Shown here one piece after another: positions 52,406 to 63,328 of a stretch of 64,000 bases of DNA; within the stretch, counting starts at the first letter, position 1, and the number at the start of each line of letters is the position of its first letter. Both the position numbers and the translations under genes were made by a program. This stretch comes from Paludibacteraceae bacterium (GTDB lineage Bacteria; Bacteroidota; Bacteroidia; Bacteroidales; Paludibacteraceae): assembly GCA_017478225.1 (NCBI GenBank), contig JAFVDX010000011.1:90953-154952 (forward strand), read 5' to 3'. A model generated the notes under the pieces. The model was not told where the DNA came from and ran no database searches. It saw nothing but the letters and a program-made list of their open reading frames with translations.

Positions 52406-54184
52406 TTAATAACCTGGATTTTGTTTAACATTTGGGTTAGCTACAACATCTGTCTCAGGAATAGGATAGAGGTTGTAGTGTGTGTCGATATTTACAACAT
52501 TTGTATTCCAAGCGTTAGGATTGTCAAATGAAGTAACTTTGACTTGGTTGTTACCGGAGCGTCCTTCCCATGTACGAGTGCAAGTAGAACCGGTAAATTG
52601 TCCGAATCGTATGAGGTCGATACGACGACGACCTTCGTGATAGAATTCGCGGAGCCACTCGTCAAGCATCTCATCTTCGGTCAAAGAAGCCAAGTCAGCA
52701 GCATTAGCGCGTTGGCGAACTTTATTAACCTCAGCGAGTGCTTCACCAGCTTTACCTTGACGAAGCAAAGCTTCAGCAAGGGTCAAATAGGCCTCAGAGG
52801 CACGCATGATTGGCACATCAGTGTCAGAATACTTGCTATCGTGTTGTAGAGCAGGAGCGTCAGCAATAGGTTGCAAGTTAGCATCAAACTGTGATGAATA
52901 CTTATTAGTCCATTTGCATATTGCCCAGCATGAGTCAAAGCCATCACCATTATTTGGTACATAACCTAAGAAGCCTTTGACATTATCTTCAATTTGTCCG
53001 GAGAGCGCATCTTTAAATTGGTTCTTGGCGCAGAACATTGCGCGGTCGTCTTTTGCGATTGCAGGCATTGCGAACTCATCGGCGTCTTTACCAAGAGCGA
53101 CGATTTCTGCAGGTGTTTTACCAGGGAAGAACACTTTAATCAACTCAGGCGAACTTCTCCAGCAGCCCCAGTTGTTGTCAGACTGGCCACAATCGTTCAT
53201 CTTTTGGTTGCGGCACGAAGCGATGGTGTATTGTGAGCCGGCGTAGGAACGAATGTTAGCACCATCACATGCTGCTAAGAACACCATTTCTTCGGCTGCC
53301 GCTTGATCGTTATCACCCATAAATATCTGAGCAAATGGTTTATGAAGTGTAGGATATGACTCAATCACTTTGCGAGCGGCCTCTTCTGCCTTTGCCCATT
53401 GTGCAGTACCTGTATATACCTCAGCATTTAGATACAGACGAGCAAGCAACATATATGCAGCAGGTTTGGTTGCACGATAGATAGTTGTTGCGCCTTTGTC
53501 AAACATATCATTAAGGAAACCATGATCAGCATCACCGGTTACTTTGTATGTAGATACATTATAGGTTTTACCATTATGACCATTTATGATTTCGTCAACG
53601 AGCCACTCATACAAGTCAGCACGAGCAATTTGATGAGGGTCTTCACCTGTCATAGTAACAGTGAAAGGCACATTTCCAAACATATCAAGGAGAGCATAGT
53701 AGTTGACGGCACGGATAAAGCGCACCTCAGCGCGACGATGTTTGGTTTCTTCGTCGGTTCTGCCTTCGGTCAGATCCAAATAGTGATTTGACATTGTAAC
53801 GGCATAATTCAGACGATTATATAGTTTCGAGACGAAAGGATTACTTGCAGTCCAGCAAAGCATCAGCAAGTCGGAGCAACCGGCGTCGTTACGCCATGTC
53901 CACCAACCGGCATCAGTTGGGAACTCGTTGAGCACACAAAGTGTACGATAGTAGCCCGAATAACCTTCGTCATCGGTGATGATATCAGCATTTCCGCCAC
54001 CACCTGTTTGTCCTGTTTGTACGAAAGCGCAGTAGAGTTTTGCATACAGAGCATCAATAACCTGCTGTTCGTTTTCGCTATTGATTTGAATTGTGTTTGG
54101 ATCTATTGGTTCCAAATCCATGCAAGCAGCAAAGCCAAACATAACAATTACTGCTGCAACCACTGTTTTAATATTCTTTTTCAT
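52406..54184 (-). CDS. SusD/RagB family nutrient-binding lipoprotein
   Basis: Lipobox GFAAC. SusD-like core, ending NPNVKQNPGY. Confidence 0.9.
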   Translation of the reverse strand: MKKNIKTVVAAVIVMFGFAACMDLEPIDPNTIQINSENEQQVIDALYAKLYCAFVQTGQTGGGGNADIITDDEGYSGYYRTLCVLNEFPTDAGWWTWRNDAGCSDLLMLCWTASNPFVSKLYNRLNYAVTMSNHYLDLTEGRTDEETKHRRAEVRFIRAVNYYALLDMFGNVPFTVTMTGEDPHQIARADLYEWLVDEIINGHNGKTYNVSTYKVTGDADHGFLNDMFDKGATTIYRATKPAAYMLLARLYLNAEVYTGTAQWAKAEEAARKVIESYPTLHKPFAQIFMGDNDQAAAEEMVFLAACDGANIRSYAGSQYTIASCRNQKMNDCGQSDNNWGCWRSSPELIKVFFPGKTPAEIVALGKDADEFAMPAIAKDDRAMFCAKNQFKDALSGQIEDNVKGFLGYVPNNGDGFDSCWAICKWTNKYSSQFDANLQPIADAPALQHDSKYSDTDVPIMRASEAYLTLAEALLRQGKAGEALAEVNKVRQRANAADLASLTEDEMLDEWLREFYHEGRRRIDLIRFGQFTGSTCTRTWEGRSGNNQVKVTSFDNPNAWNTNVVNIDTHYNLYPIPETDVVANPNVKQNPGY

Positions 54185-54198
54185 AATTCTACTGCTTT

Positions 54199-57100
54199 TT
54201 AGAAGTTAAGTGAAAGACCAAGAGTAGATGTCATGCAACGAGGATACATATTGCTATCGATACCACCGGCGATTTCAGGGTCAAGTCCCTTATATCCGGT
54301 TATGACGAAAGGATTGCTCACAGTTGCATATACACGACCTGAGAGAGGATTGTTCTTTGCTTTGAAAGAGTAACCGAGTGTTATGTTGTCGCAACGCAAG
54401 AAAGAAGCGTTCTGAACAAATGCTGTTGAGAGGACGCCATCAGTTTCGTTACGGAGTTGGTTGCCTTCGTACCAATAAGCGTGATATGCTTCGCGAAGGA
54501 TTGAGTGATAACCTTCAAACTTAGCATCGTAGATAGTGGTAACATATTGCAATTGGTCTTGGAGCACACTGTTATATACATAGTTGCCAATGTTAGCACG
54601 GAAAGTAATACCAAGGTCGAAGTTATAGAATTGGAACTTAGTATTGAAGCCCATCATCACAGGAGCGGCTGCACTATGATAGAATATCTTGTCGTCAGAT
54701 GTCAGGTCATAGTCTGCATCACCTGGGAGAGCATTGGGGTGCTCTTGGTCAACCATATAGAGAAGCCCTGTATTAGGATTCTTCTTGGTTTCATATACAT
54801 AGAATGCACTTGCAGAATGTCCAACAGCCCATGCTCTAACATGTTGGTCATTACCGATGTTCGAACCCGGATCATATTGATAATATCCTTCTTCGTCAGC
54901 ACCAATAAGTTTGGTAATTTGGTTCTTATTCCATGTGATATTGAATCCTAAATCCCATTTGAATTTGCTTTTGCTCTTAGAGTGGTCAATAGCCACTGCA
55001 TTGATTGCAAATTCGACACCGGTGTTATACAACGAACCGATATTCTTTGTTACTTTTGTTTTGAAGTTAGAACCGGCAGGTATATAAACTTGGTTGATAA
55101 GGTCGTTGGTCAAACGATAATAGTAGTCAATACTACCTGATATACGGTTGTTGAGGAAAGCGTAATCAAAGCCGACATTGTAGGTAGTTGTCTTTTCCCA
55201 AGTCAGGTCGGGATTAAATTCGTTAGGACGATAAGTCATGTAATAAACATAACCATCTTTACCTATTACATAGTCAGTGCCTTCAACAAGTCCTGTCAAG
55301 TCAACTTTGTCTTTAGATTCGCCAAGAGTTGACCAAGCACCAGTTTGGTTTTGAGCATAAACTGCCAAGTATTGGAAGTCACCCATACCCATATTTTGCT
55401 GACCGGTTATACCATAACCCAAACGGAGTTTCCAATCGTCGAGCCAATTGACATCTTTGAAGAAAGACTCTTTGATTTTCCAACCGAGAGCCACTGATGG
55501 GAACAAGCCCCAGCGTACATTCGGAGCAAAGCGAGTAGAAGCATCAGCACGCAATGTAACAGTTGCCATCACTTGGTTCCAGCCAATCCAGTTGGCACGG
55601 CCGAAGAATGAAAGCAGTGCCGATTGTGTTCCGTAATTATATGTTGAGAAGTTGTACGGAGTACCTCTTAGGGTAACATCATTGTTAGTAGTAGGATATA
55701 CACCGCCGCCTTCGTTATATGATGTACGATGGAATTTCTGATACTCGCCACCGGCCATTATGTCGAAGTGTTGATTGTCGTTAAAATCTTTGTAGTATTG
55801 CAGATATGCGTTGAACGAAAGATTATACTTACTTTCTTTTACATAGCCGTCATATCCATAGTATCCTGCACCTGTATCTTGGATATAAGGATTCTTGGTG
55901 GTGCGTTGTTTACCATAAGAATAGTCAGCACCGAAGTTGGCATGAATACGCAAGTCTTCTAATCCGTGGATTTTATAATCTGCTTCTAAGTTACCAACGA
56001 ATGAACCTGAATTAGCGCGGTCATTGGTCATCTTGAGCATATTTACAGGGTTGGCTGCAGTTTGTGTGTTGAACATATAAGTCCAAGTATCGTCATTGAG
56101 CGACGAGCCGGATTGAGTGCGTCCGTAATATCCACCAAAGTGCTCAAGCGAAGGATCCATTACAGGTTGCGTTGGGTCATAAGCAATTGCAGCGCCTGTA
56201 ACGCCCGGAGCATAACGGTTGAATATATACATACCCTTAGCATTCAAGTTGAAAGTCAAGTGCTTATCTAAGAATGTTGGATTCAAGTTCATAGATGCAG
56301 TTACACGCTGCATATTACTTGTTTTAATAATACCGTTTTGGTCTGTATAACCGATTGAGAAGCGGTAAGGCATATTCTTGGTTCCACCCATCAAACTGAT
56401 ATTGTGGTCAGTACTTATGGCAATGCGGTATATTTCGCTCTGCCAATCGGTATTTGCTGTACCCAACTTATTGAGTTTAGAGTTGCCTAATCCAAGAGCC
56501 TGTGCATAAGTTCTCAACTCATTGGCGGAGAATACATCCATAGTTTTGAGCAAAGTACCCATTGATACATTGCCATTGTAACTAACTTTGAGTTTCTGAC
56601 CGGCCGAGCCTTTCTTAGTAGTAATGATGATGACACCATTAGAAGCACGCGAACCATAGATAGCGGTAGCAGAAGCATCTTTGAGGACGGTGAAGGACTC
56701 GATATCATTCGGGTTGACCAACGACAAGGGGTTAGCCACACCTTTGATACCATCGTTATCCATTGCCAAACCATCTATGACGATAAGCGGGTCATTGCTT
56801 GCGTTCAGTGAGGATCCACCACGGACGCGGATTGTAGCGCCACCACCGGGGGTACCGTCATTGGATGTAACAGCCACACCGGCGATCTTACCTGAAAGCA
56901 TATCGGTAGCAGTGGTTGTCAAACCTTTGTTCATGTCATCTGGTTTGATAGCAGTAACCGAACCGGTAGCATCATTCTTCTTTACCACACCATAACCTAC
57001 AACTACCACTTCGTCCAAGAGTTCTGAGTCTTCAGCCAACTTAATACGCAAGTTTTGACCTGCAGCAACTTCTTGAGTTTTGTAGCCCATGTAGGAAATA

Positions 57101-57327
57101 CTCAACTTGGCACCTTGTTGTACTTTCAGTGAGAATGCACCTTCAAAGTCAGTGATTGTACCATTGGTTGTTCCAATTTCCAATACACTTGCTCCGATGA
57201 TTTCTTCACCTGAAGCAGCATCAACAACAGTACCCGAAGCTGTGATTTGAGCGTACATAGCGGTGCTCATAAAGGCAACCACTACCAAAGCCAAACCACG
57301 CATGAGAGAGATTGTTTTGCTTTTCAT
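54199..57327 (-). CDS. SusC/RagA family TonB-dependent outer-membrane transporter
   Basis: N-terminus ITASGTVVDAASGEEIIGASVLEIGTTNGTITDFEGAFSL, plug and barrel. Ends LGLSLNF. Confidence 0.9.
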   Translation of the reverse strand: MKSKTISLMRGLALVVVAFMSTAMYAQITASGTVVDAASGEEIIGASVLEIGTTNGTITDFEGAFSLKVQQGAKLSISYMGYKTQEVAAGQNLRIKLAEDSELLDEVVVVGYGVVKKNDATGSVTAIKPDDMNKGLTTTATDMLSGKIAGVAVTSNDGTPGGGATIRVRGGSSLNASNDPLIVIDGLAMDNDGIKGVANPLSLVNPNDIESFTVLKDASATAIYGSRASNGVIIITTKKGSAGQKLKVSYNGNVSMGTLLKTMDVFSANELRTYAQALGLGNSKLNKLGTANTDWQSEIYRIAISTDHNISLMGGTKNMPYRFSIGYTDQNGIIKTSNMQRVTASMNLNPTFLDKHLTFNLNAKGMYIFNRYAPGVTGAAIAYDPTQPVMDPSLEHFGGYYGRTQSGSSLNDDTWTYMFNTQTAANPVNMLKMTNDRANSGSFVGNLEADYKIHGLEDLRIHANFGADYSYGKQRTTKNPYIQDTGAGYYGYDGYVKESKYNLSFNAYLQYYKDFNDNQHFDIMAGGEYQKFHRTSYNEGGGVYPTTNNDVTLRGTPYNFSTYNYGTQSALLSFFGRANWIGWNQVMATVTLRADASTRFAPNVRWGLFPSVALGWKIKESFFKDVNWLDDWKLRLGYGITGQQNMGMGDFQYLAVYAQNQTGAWSTLGESKDKVDLTGLVEGTDYVIGKDGYVYYMTYRPNEFNPDLTWEKTTTYNVGFDYAFLNNRISGSIDYYYRLTNDLINQVYIPAGSNFKTKVTKNIGSLYNTGVEFAINAVAIDHSKSKSKFKWDLGFNITWNKNQITKLIGADEEGYYQYDPGSNIGNDQHVRAWAVGHSASAFYVYETKKNPNTGLLYMVDQEHPNALPGDADYDLTSDDKIFYHSAAAPVMMGFNTKFQFYNFDLGITFRANIGNYVYNSVLQDQLQYVTTIYDAKFEGYHSILREAYHAYWYEGNQLRNETDGVLSTAFVQNASFLRCDNITLGYSFKAKNNPLSGRVYATVSNPFVITGYKGLDPEIAGGIDSNMYPRCMTSTLGLSLNF

Positions 57328-57437
57328 GTTAAATAAATTTATTGTTTAAGTATTTTATTATTAATTTATTTACTTCTTAATTGATATCTATATACTACAT
57401 ACAACAAATTAAACTTGCCGTTTTTGTAGATTCAATT

Positions 57438-58799
57438 TTATTCTTTTTCTTTTATCACAAAGACACTTGCTGCGCCGCAAAGAAGGAGCACGCCTGCTGC
57501 AACTAACATCATCACTTGGCTACCGCCACATATATATTTAAGTATGAGTCCGCCACAGAGTGCTGCTATGATTTGAGGCAGGCAAATGGTGCAATTGAAC
57601 AAACCGAGATAGTAGCCCATATTGTCGCCTTTAAGCGAATTGGTAAGTATGGTAAACGGCAACGCCAACATAGCAGCCCAAGCAGCACCTATAAGAGCGT
57701 AACTAACAAACAACACATACTGATTGGTAACAAACATTGTAGATATGAATCCTATAGCACCCACTACCAATGAGATTGCGTATGCGCCTTTGTTACCAAC
57801 AATTTTTTCAAGCGGCGCAAGAACCATTGCCCACAAGAGCGAACCGATGGCTTGAATCATGAATACCACTCCTACCCATGCGCCTGCATCTTGGAAAGCG
57901 GCGACAGCAGTACTACCACCATCCCAACCGAAACACTGAGCAGCAATAGCACCATTGGAATATGTCCACATAAAGAGGAAGGCCGACCAACAGAAGAATT
58001 GAACAAGGCCAACTGTCCAGAAAGTCTTAGGAGCATCTATCAAAAGGCGAATAAAATTCACATCGTCTTTTTTATCTTCTTGTTTTTTAAGGTCTATTCC
58101 ATGAAACTCTGCATACTCTTCCGGATTAAGTTCTTTTACTGCAAAGAAGGTATAAAGTACGCAAATAATAAGTATTGCAGCACCTATATAAAATGACCAT
58201 TTTACTGCATCAGGAATTACGCCTTCGGGAGCAAGATTGCTAACGCCAATCCATGCAAAGAAATAAGGGAATATATATCCTACTACAGAGCCTGCATTGC
58301 AGAGGGCTGATTGAATGGCATAAGCAGTACCTTTCTGTTCTTCATTTACCATATCGCCAACCATCATCTTGAAAGGTTGCATGGCTATGTTGATGGATGT
58401 GTCAAGGAACATAAGTGAGAACAGACCGAACCACATGGCTGCATTCAACCCAAGGAAAAGCGACTGACCAAAAGTAAAGTCACCGGCATTAGGCAAAAGT
58501 ACCATAACAGCCACTGCTATTAGTGCACCTACAAGCAGATAAGGTTTGCGCCTACCAAGACGAGTCCACGTCTTATCAGAATACTTACCGATAAGAGGTT
58601 GCACAATCATACCCATGAGGGGAGGTAGCACCCAAAAGAAACTCAACTGATGAGGGTCAGCACCAAGAGTGGCAAATATACGGCTGATATTTGCACTTTG
58701 CAGAGCATAGGCTATCTGCACACCAAAAAAACCGAAACTGAGATTAAAAAGTTGTCCTAAAGACAAGTTGCGTTTTGTGTTTTCCATAGGTCTGTACAT
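57438..58799 (-). CDS. MFS sugar transporter (SLC45/GPH-like; probable maltose/malto-oligosaccharide importer)
   Basis: LGQLFNLSFGFFGVQIAYALQ...PLIGKYSDKTWTRLGRRKPYLL is typical of the family. It lies next to a starch PUL. An alternative ATG lies at 58787. Confidence 0.75.
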   Translation of the reverse strand: MYRPMENTKRNLSLGQLFNLSFGFFGVQIAYALQSANISRIFATLGADPHQLSFFWVLPPLMGMIVQPLIGKYSDKTWTRLGRRKPYLLVGALIAVAVMVLLPNAGDFTFGQSLFLGLNAAMWFGLFSLMFLDTSINIAMQPFKMMVGDMVNEEQKGTAYAIQSALCNAGSVVGYIFPYFFAWIGVSNLAPEGVIPDAVKWSFYIGAAILIICVLYTFFAVKELNPEEYAEFHGIDLKKQEDKKDDVNFIRLLIDAPKTFWTVGLVQFFCWSAFLFMWTYSNGAIAAQCFGWDGGSTAVAAFQDAGAWVGVVFMIQAIGSLLWAMVLAPLEKIVGNKGAYAISLVVGAIGFISTMFVTNQYVLFVSYALIGAAWAAMLALPFTILTNSLKGDNMGYYLGLFNCTICLPQIIAALCGGLILKYICGGSQVMMLVAAGVLLLCGAASVFVIKEKE

Positions 58800-58812
58800 A
58801 ATTTAGCGGTTG

Positions 58813-58820
58813 CAAAGTTA
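58813..58820 (-). promoter_or_regulatory. -7 box TAACTTTG for the MFS/SusC operon
   Basis: Plus-strand CAAAGTTA is the reverse complement of TAnnTTTG. Confidence 0.4.
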
Positions 58821-59142
58821 CACAAATGTATTTAATGGGCAAAATAATTTTTGCTTGATTTTTTCAAATTCAATTATGAATAGTCGCAAAAAAGTGGCTA
58901 AAAAGCACTTTTACGATACTGAATGGGAATTGTGCTATAAAACATATAAAGAATAAGAGAAAGTTATATTTAGTTGTTTTACTATGGTCATAATGATTTA
59001 TTATAAAGTATATTAGGTCATAAAAATCATTTTTTTTGAAAAAAGTTTGATGAATAAGAAAATAACATTACTTTTGCACACGGAAAAACATATAACAAAA
59101 CTATCTAAAGAAGAGAGTAACCTTATATATCTACACTATTAT

Positions 59143-61326
59143 ATGAATCGTCACGAGCAATTGCTACAAGCCCTAAAACATAATTTTGGATTTGATGGAT
59201 TTAAGGGCAATCAGGAGGCTATTATAGAGAACGTAATGGATGGCAACGACACATTTGTACTTATGCCTACAGGTGGAGGTAAGAGTCTATGTTATCAGTT
59301 GCCTTCATTATTGATGGAAGGGACAGCGATAGTGATATCCCCGTTGATTGCGCTGATGAAGAATCAAGTGGATGCGATGCGCAATTTCTCGGAGGAAGAC
59401 GGAGTGGCTCATTTTATCAATTCATCGCTTACTAAGGCAGAAATTGCAGCAGTGAGAGATGATATAATGGCCGGCAAAACCAAGTTGCTGTATGTAGCTC
59501 CTGAATCGCTCAATAAAGATGAGAATGTAGATTTTTTGAAGAATGTAAAGATATCGTTTTATGCTGTAGATGAGGCCCATTGTATAAGTGAGTGGGGTCA
59601 TGATTTCCGTCCTGAGTATCGTCGTATATTGCCTATAGTGAAGCGTATTGGTCGCTCGCCAATAATAGCCCTTACCGCGACAGCAACTCCTAAAGTTCAG
59701 CACGATATACAGAAAAACTTAGGTATGTTGAAGGCAAAAGTTTTCAAATCGTCGTTCAACAGGCAGAATTTATACTATGAGGTGCGTCCCAAGACTGATG
59801 ATGTAGATAAGGATTTGATTAAGTACATCCGTTCGATGGAAGGCAAGTCAGGCATAGTATATTGTTTGAGCCGCAAGACGGTTGAAGATTTGGCACAAAC
59901 CCTTCAGGTGAACAACATAACAGCCTTGCCATATCATGCAGGCATGGAGTCGTCGGTTCGCTCGGAGAATCAAGACGCTTTTTTGATGGAGAAAGTTCAG
60001 GTGATAGTAGCCACCATTGCCTTTGGAATGGGTATAGACAAACCGGATGTGCGTTTCGTGGTGCATTATGATATCCCGAAGTCACTTGAGGGTTATTATC
60101 AAGAGACGGGTCGTGCAGGAAGAGATGGAGGTGAAGGACAATGTATATGCTATTATTCCCCTAAAGATATAGAGCGGTTGCGTAAGTTTCAGCAGGGTAA
60201 ACCTGTGGCAGAGCAAGAGATAGGTAATCAACTCTTGTTTGAGACGCAGAGTTATGCCGAATCCACTCTTTGCCGTAGGAAACTGCTATTGCATTATTTT
60301 GGTGAGGAATACGACAAAGATAATTGTGGCAACTGTGACAACTGCAAGAAGCACTATAAGATAATTGATGCAGGCGAGTTGCTTCAGTTGGTGATTGAGA
60401 CTATTCAACAACTCAATGAGAAATTCAAGGCTGAGCATGTAGTAGATGTACTGAAGGGCAACGAGACGGCTGCCGTTATCAGTTATAAGCACAACGAATT
60501 GGAGAATTTCGGTGCAGCAGAGGATGAGGATGAGACTACACTGCATGCAGTGATTCGTCAGGCCATGCTGACGGGAATGATAAAGAAAGACATTGACTCG
60601 TATGGTGACTTGAAAGTGACTGCAGAGGGAAAGAAATTCATGAAGAAGGGTGGAGAATTTAAGGTGCCTATTGAGCAAAATAGCGAGGATGATGAAGATG
60701 CTATTGACCCTGGCATGTCGAGCGGTTCGGCGGCAGATGATGTGCTGTATAGTATATTGAAAGATATACGAAAAAAGATTTCCAAGAAACTGAATGTACC
60801 TCCGTTCGTCATATTCCAAGATCCAAGTTTGGAAGCAATGGCAACATCATATCCTATCACATACGAAGAGTTGCAAAACATACCGGGTGTAGGTGCAGGC
60901 AAGGCCAAACGCTATGGAGAGGAATTCTTGCATGTGATAAAAGAATATGTGGATGAAAATGAGATTATTCGTCCTGAAGACTTGCGTGTGAGGACTGTTG
61001 CCAAGAAATCGCAATTAAAAATTAGTATCATTCAAGCCATTGACCTTCAGAAAGACCTTGACGATTTGGCAGAGTCAAAGGGTATGTCGATGGAGGAACT
61101 GCTCGAGGAAATTGAGGCAATAGTATATTCAGGAACAAAAATCAATATAAACTATTTTATTGAAGAGGTGGTTGATCCTGATAAAGAAGAAGAGATTTAC
61201 GACTATTTCCGCAATGCCGAAACCGACAATATAGCCACAGCACTTCGGGCATTAGGTGAAGACGATTTTACGGAAATTGAAGTAAGACTTGTAAGGATTA
61301 AGTTCCAATGCGAGTTAGGAAGTTAA
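59143..61326 (+). CDS. recQ: ATP-dependent DNA helicase RecQ
   Basis: FGFDGFKGNQEAII, MPTGGGKSLCYQLP, DEAHCISEWGHDFRPEY, a RecQ-Ct Zn Cys cluster (CRRK...CGNCDNC) and a C-terminal HRDC domain. The start is set at the ATG giving MNRHEQLLQALK; the ORF track begins 96 nt upstream. Confidence 0.9.
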   Translation: MNRHEQLLQALKHNFGFDGFKGNQEAIIENVMDGNDTFVLMPTGGGKSLCYQLPSLLMEGTAIVISPLIALMKNQVDAMRNFSEEDGVAHFINSSLTKAEIAAVRDDIMAGKTKLLYVAPESLNKDENVDFLKNVKISFYAVDEAHCISEWGHDFRPEYRRILPIVKRIGRSPIIALTATATPKVQHDIQKNLGMLKAKVFKSSFNRQNLYYEVRPKTDDVDKDLIKYIRSMEGKSGIVYCLSRKTVEDLAQTLQVNNITALPYHAGMESSVRSENQDAFLMEKVQVIVATIAFGMGIDKPDVRFVVHYDIPKSLEGYYQETGRAGRDGGEGQCICYYSPKDIERLRKFQQGKPVAEQEIGNQLLFETQSYAESTLCRRKLLLHYFGEEYDKDNCGNCDNCKKHYKIIDAGELLQLVIETIQQLNEKFKAEHVVDVLKGNETAAVISYKHNELENFGAAEDEDETTLHAVIRQAMLTGMIKKDIDSYGDLKVTAEGKKFMKKGGEFKVPIEQNSEDDEDAIDPGMSSGSAADDVLYSILKDIRKKISKKLNVPPFVIFQDPSLEAMATSYPITYEELQNIPGVGAGKAKRYGEEFLHVIKEYVDENEIIRPEDLRVRTVAKKSQLKISIIQAIDLQKDLDDLAESKGMSMEELLEEIEAIVYSGTKININYFIEEVVDPDKEEEIYDYFRNAETDNIATALRALGEDDFTEIEVRLVRIKFQCELGS

Positions 61327-61355
61327 AAGATTTTAAAGTACTTGGTCTTTAATGT

Positions 61356-62039
61356 CTAAATAAAAGTATCTTTATTCCTCTTTAACGACAAGCACTTAGA
61401 GATATTAGACCATAATTCTTGTTTAACTTGATTTATAGGCACACAAGTGCCTATTTCTTTTTGTATAGAAGTAACTGCTTTGTCAGAGAAACCGCAAGGA
61501 TTGATATATGAGAAATATCTCAGGTCGGTATTTACATTAAGCGCGAATCCATGCATTGTAACATACCTTGATGCCCTAACACCTATAGCACAAATTTTTC
61601 TTGCATTAGAGCCTAATGGGTCAATCCAAACACCAGTTGCGCCCGTCAGCCGCGAACCTATAATACCATAGTTAGCAATCGTTATAATAACGGCTTCTTC
61701 GATTTGATGGATATAATCTTTTAGTCCTAAATGCAGTTGCTGTAAATCGAGTATAGGATAACCGGTAATCTGCCCTGGTCCATGATATGTTATATCTCCC
61801 CCACGAGAAATATGAATAAGTTTTATATTGTTTTCCTTCAACCACTTATCAGACATAAGCATATTATTATCATCCCCATGCTTACCAATGGTATATACGG
61901 GCAAGTGCTCACACAAAATCAAGTCTTGTGTGGGCTGCTTGCCTGCGATTTTCTGCTCAATTTTAAGATTAAAGAGGGCCTCTTGATTTTTTAGTGCTTC
62001 GTTATAATCAATCACGCCCCAATCGATGAAGTTGAACAT
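61356..62039 (-). CDS. lipB: Octanoyltransferase (lipoyl(octanoyl) transferase)
   Basis: LILCEHLPVYTIGKHG...HISRGGDITYHGPGQITGYPILDL and AIGVRASRYVTMHGFALNV are LipB hallmarks. Confidence 0.9.
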   Translation of the reverse strand: MFNFIDWGVIDYNEALKNQEALFNLKIEQKIAGKQPTQDLILCEHLPVYTIGKHGDDNNMLMSDKWLKENNIKLIHISRGGDITYHGPGQITGYPILDLQQLHLGLKDYIHQIEEAVIITIANYGIIGSRLTGATGVWIDPLGSNARKICAIGVRASRYVTMHGFALNVNTDLRYFSYINPCGFSDKAVTSIQKEIGTCVPINQVKQELWSNISKCLSLKRNKDTFI

Positions 62040-62057
62040 AAAATAATGAGATAAGTA

Positions 62058-62750
62058 TTACAAATATTCTTTTTTCAGCATCTCAACGAGTTGTGGAACG
62101 CCTATTGCTGCCCGTTGTTTGATATGAGTTACTCTTAAAGCATAATATCCCAATGCCGGTTGACCGGGGTCAACTATATATATGGGTACATTATCATGCA
62201 CATATTCAAGCAATGACGCAGCGGGATAAACGGCGAGCGAAGTTCCTACTACCACAAACACATCTGCTCTCTGAGCAATTTCGATTGCAGGAGTCATATT
62301 GGGTACTCCTTCTCCAAAAAACACTATGTAAGGTCGAAGAAGCGAGCCGTCAGGATGGCGTGCGTCAAGAGGCTGTTGCCAGCCATGAATAGGCACAGTG
62401 GCTGTTTCGTCAATGGAAGAACGCAATTTCATAAGTTCCCCATGCAGGTGAGTGATGTGGGTACTTCCGGCACGCTCATGAAGGTCATCTACATTTTGTG
62501 TGATTACCTGAACAGGAAAATACTTTTCTAATTCGGCAATAGCATAATGTGCAGCATTAGGCTGAACACCAAGCAGTTCCTTGCGACGTTCATTGTAGAA
62601 ATTCACTACCAATTCACGATTTCTTAAAATGGCTTCATGGGTGCAAACATCTTCTATCCGATATTTATCCCAATAGCCATCAGCATCCCGAAAAGTGCTC
62701 AATCCGCTATCGGCACTTATACCTGCTCCTGTAAAAACAACGATATTCAT
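62058..62750 (-). CDS. cobB: NAD-dependent protein deacylase (Sir2 family)
   Basis: VVFTGAGISADSGLSTFRD, QNVDDLHERAGS..HLHG and VVGTSLAVYPAA. Confidence 0.85.
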   Translation of the reverse strand: MNIVVFTGAGISADSGLSTFRDADGYWDKYRIEDVCTHEAILRNRELVVNFYNERRKELLGVQPNAAHYAIAELEKYFPVQVITQNVDDLHERAGSTHITHLHGELMKLRSSIDETATVPIHGWQQPLDARHPDGSLLRPYIVFFGEGVPNMTPAIEIAQRADVFVVVGTSLAVYPAASLLEYVHDNVPIYIVDPGQPALGYYALRVTHIKQRAAIGVPQLVEMLKKEYL

Positions 62751-62767
62751 AATACATCAGTTTTAGA

Positions 62768-63328
62768 TTATTTTACAACACCTATTGGCTTATAGTCTGT
62801 TCTTTCGATAACTTGCTGAAGAGTATAATCTTGTTGACTAAGACTTGCGCTTACAAATCCCATCTCTTTGGCTTTGTCTTCATTGAAGGTGAAATAAGTA
62901 CATTCAGCAATAGCACAGATCTGAAATTCGCTTTCAGGTTTGCTTTTGCTCCATATTTCTCCTTGAACTACCGCCACACGATGGTTATTGCTTTTAAGTC
63001 TTGCCTTTAGTAATAAAGGGCCATTGATTGTAGAAACTGCTTGTCGGTAACGAATTTCCATTTTAGCAGTTACGCCGCTTGTACGCAGTTTCTTAAAGAC
63101 CACCCATCCACAAACCTCATCAAGCAAAGTTGCCTGAATACCACCATGAAGAGTGTTTATCCATGATTGGTGGTCGCTGGTAGGATGCCATACCGACAAT
63201 ATATCGCCTTCTATATCATTTTCGTCTTCTTCATAGAAGTGCATCCGCATCCCTTTAGGGTTAGCAGGGCTACAACCAAAACAGTTGTAGCCCTGCATAT
63301 CTACCCATGGGTTAATGATTTCCCTCAT
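62768..63328 (-). CDS. PaaI/hotdog-fold thioesterase family protein
   Basis: HGGIQATLLDEVCGW motif context. Size 186 aa. Confidence 0.65.
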   Translation of the reverse strand: MREIINPWVDMQGYNCFGCSPANPKGMRMHFYEEDENDIEGDILSVWHPTSDHQSWINTLHGGIQATLLDEVCGWVVFKKLRTSGVTAKMEIRYRQAVSTINGPLLLKARLKSNNHRVAVVQGEIWSKSKPESEFQICAIAECTYFTFNEDKAKEMGFVSASLSQQDYTLQQVIERTDYKPIGVVK

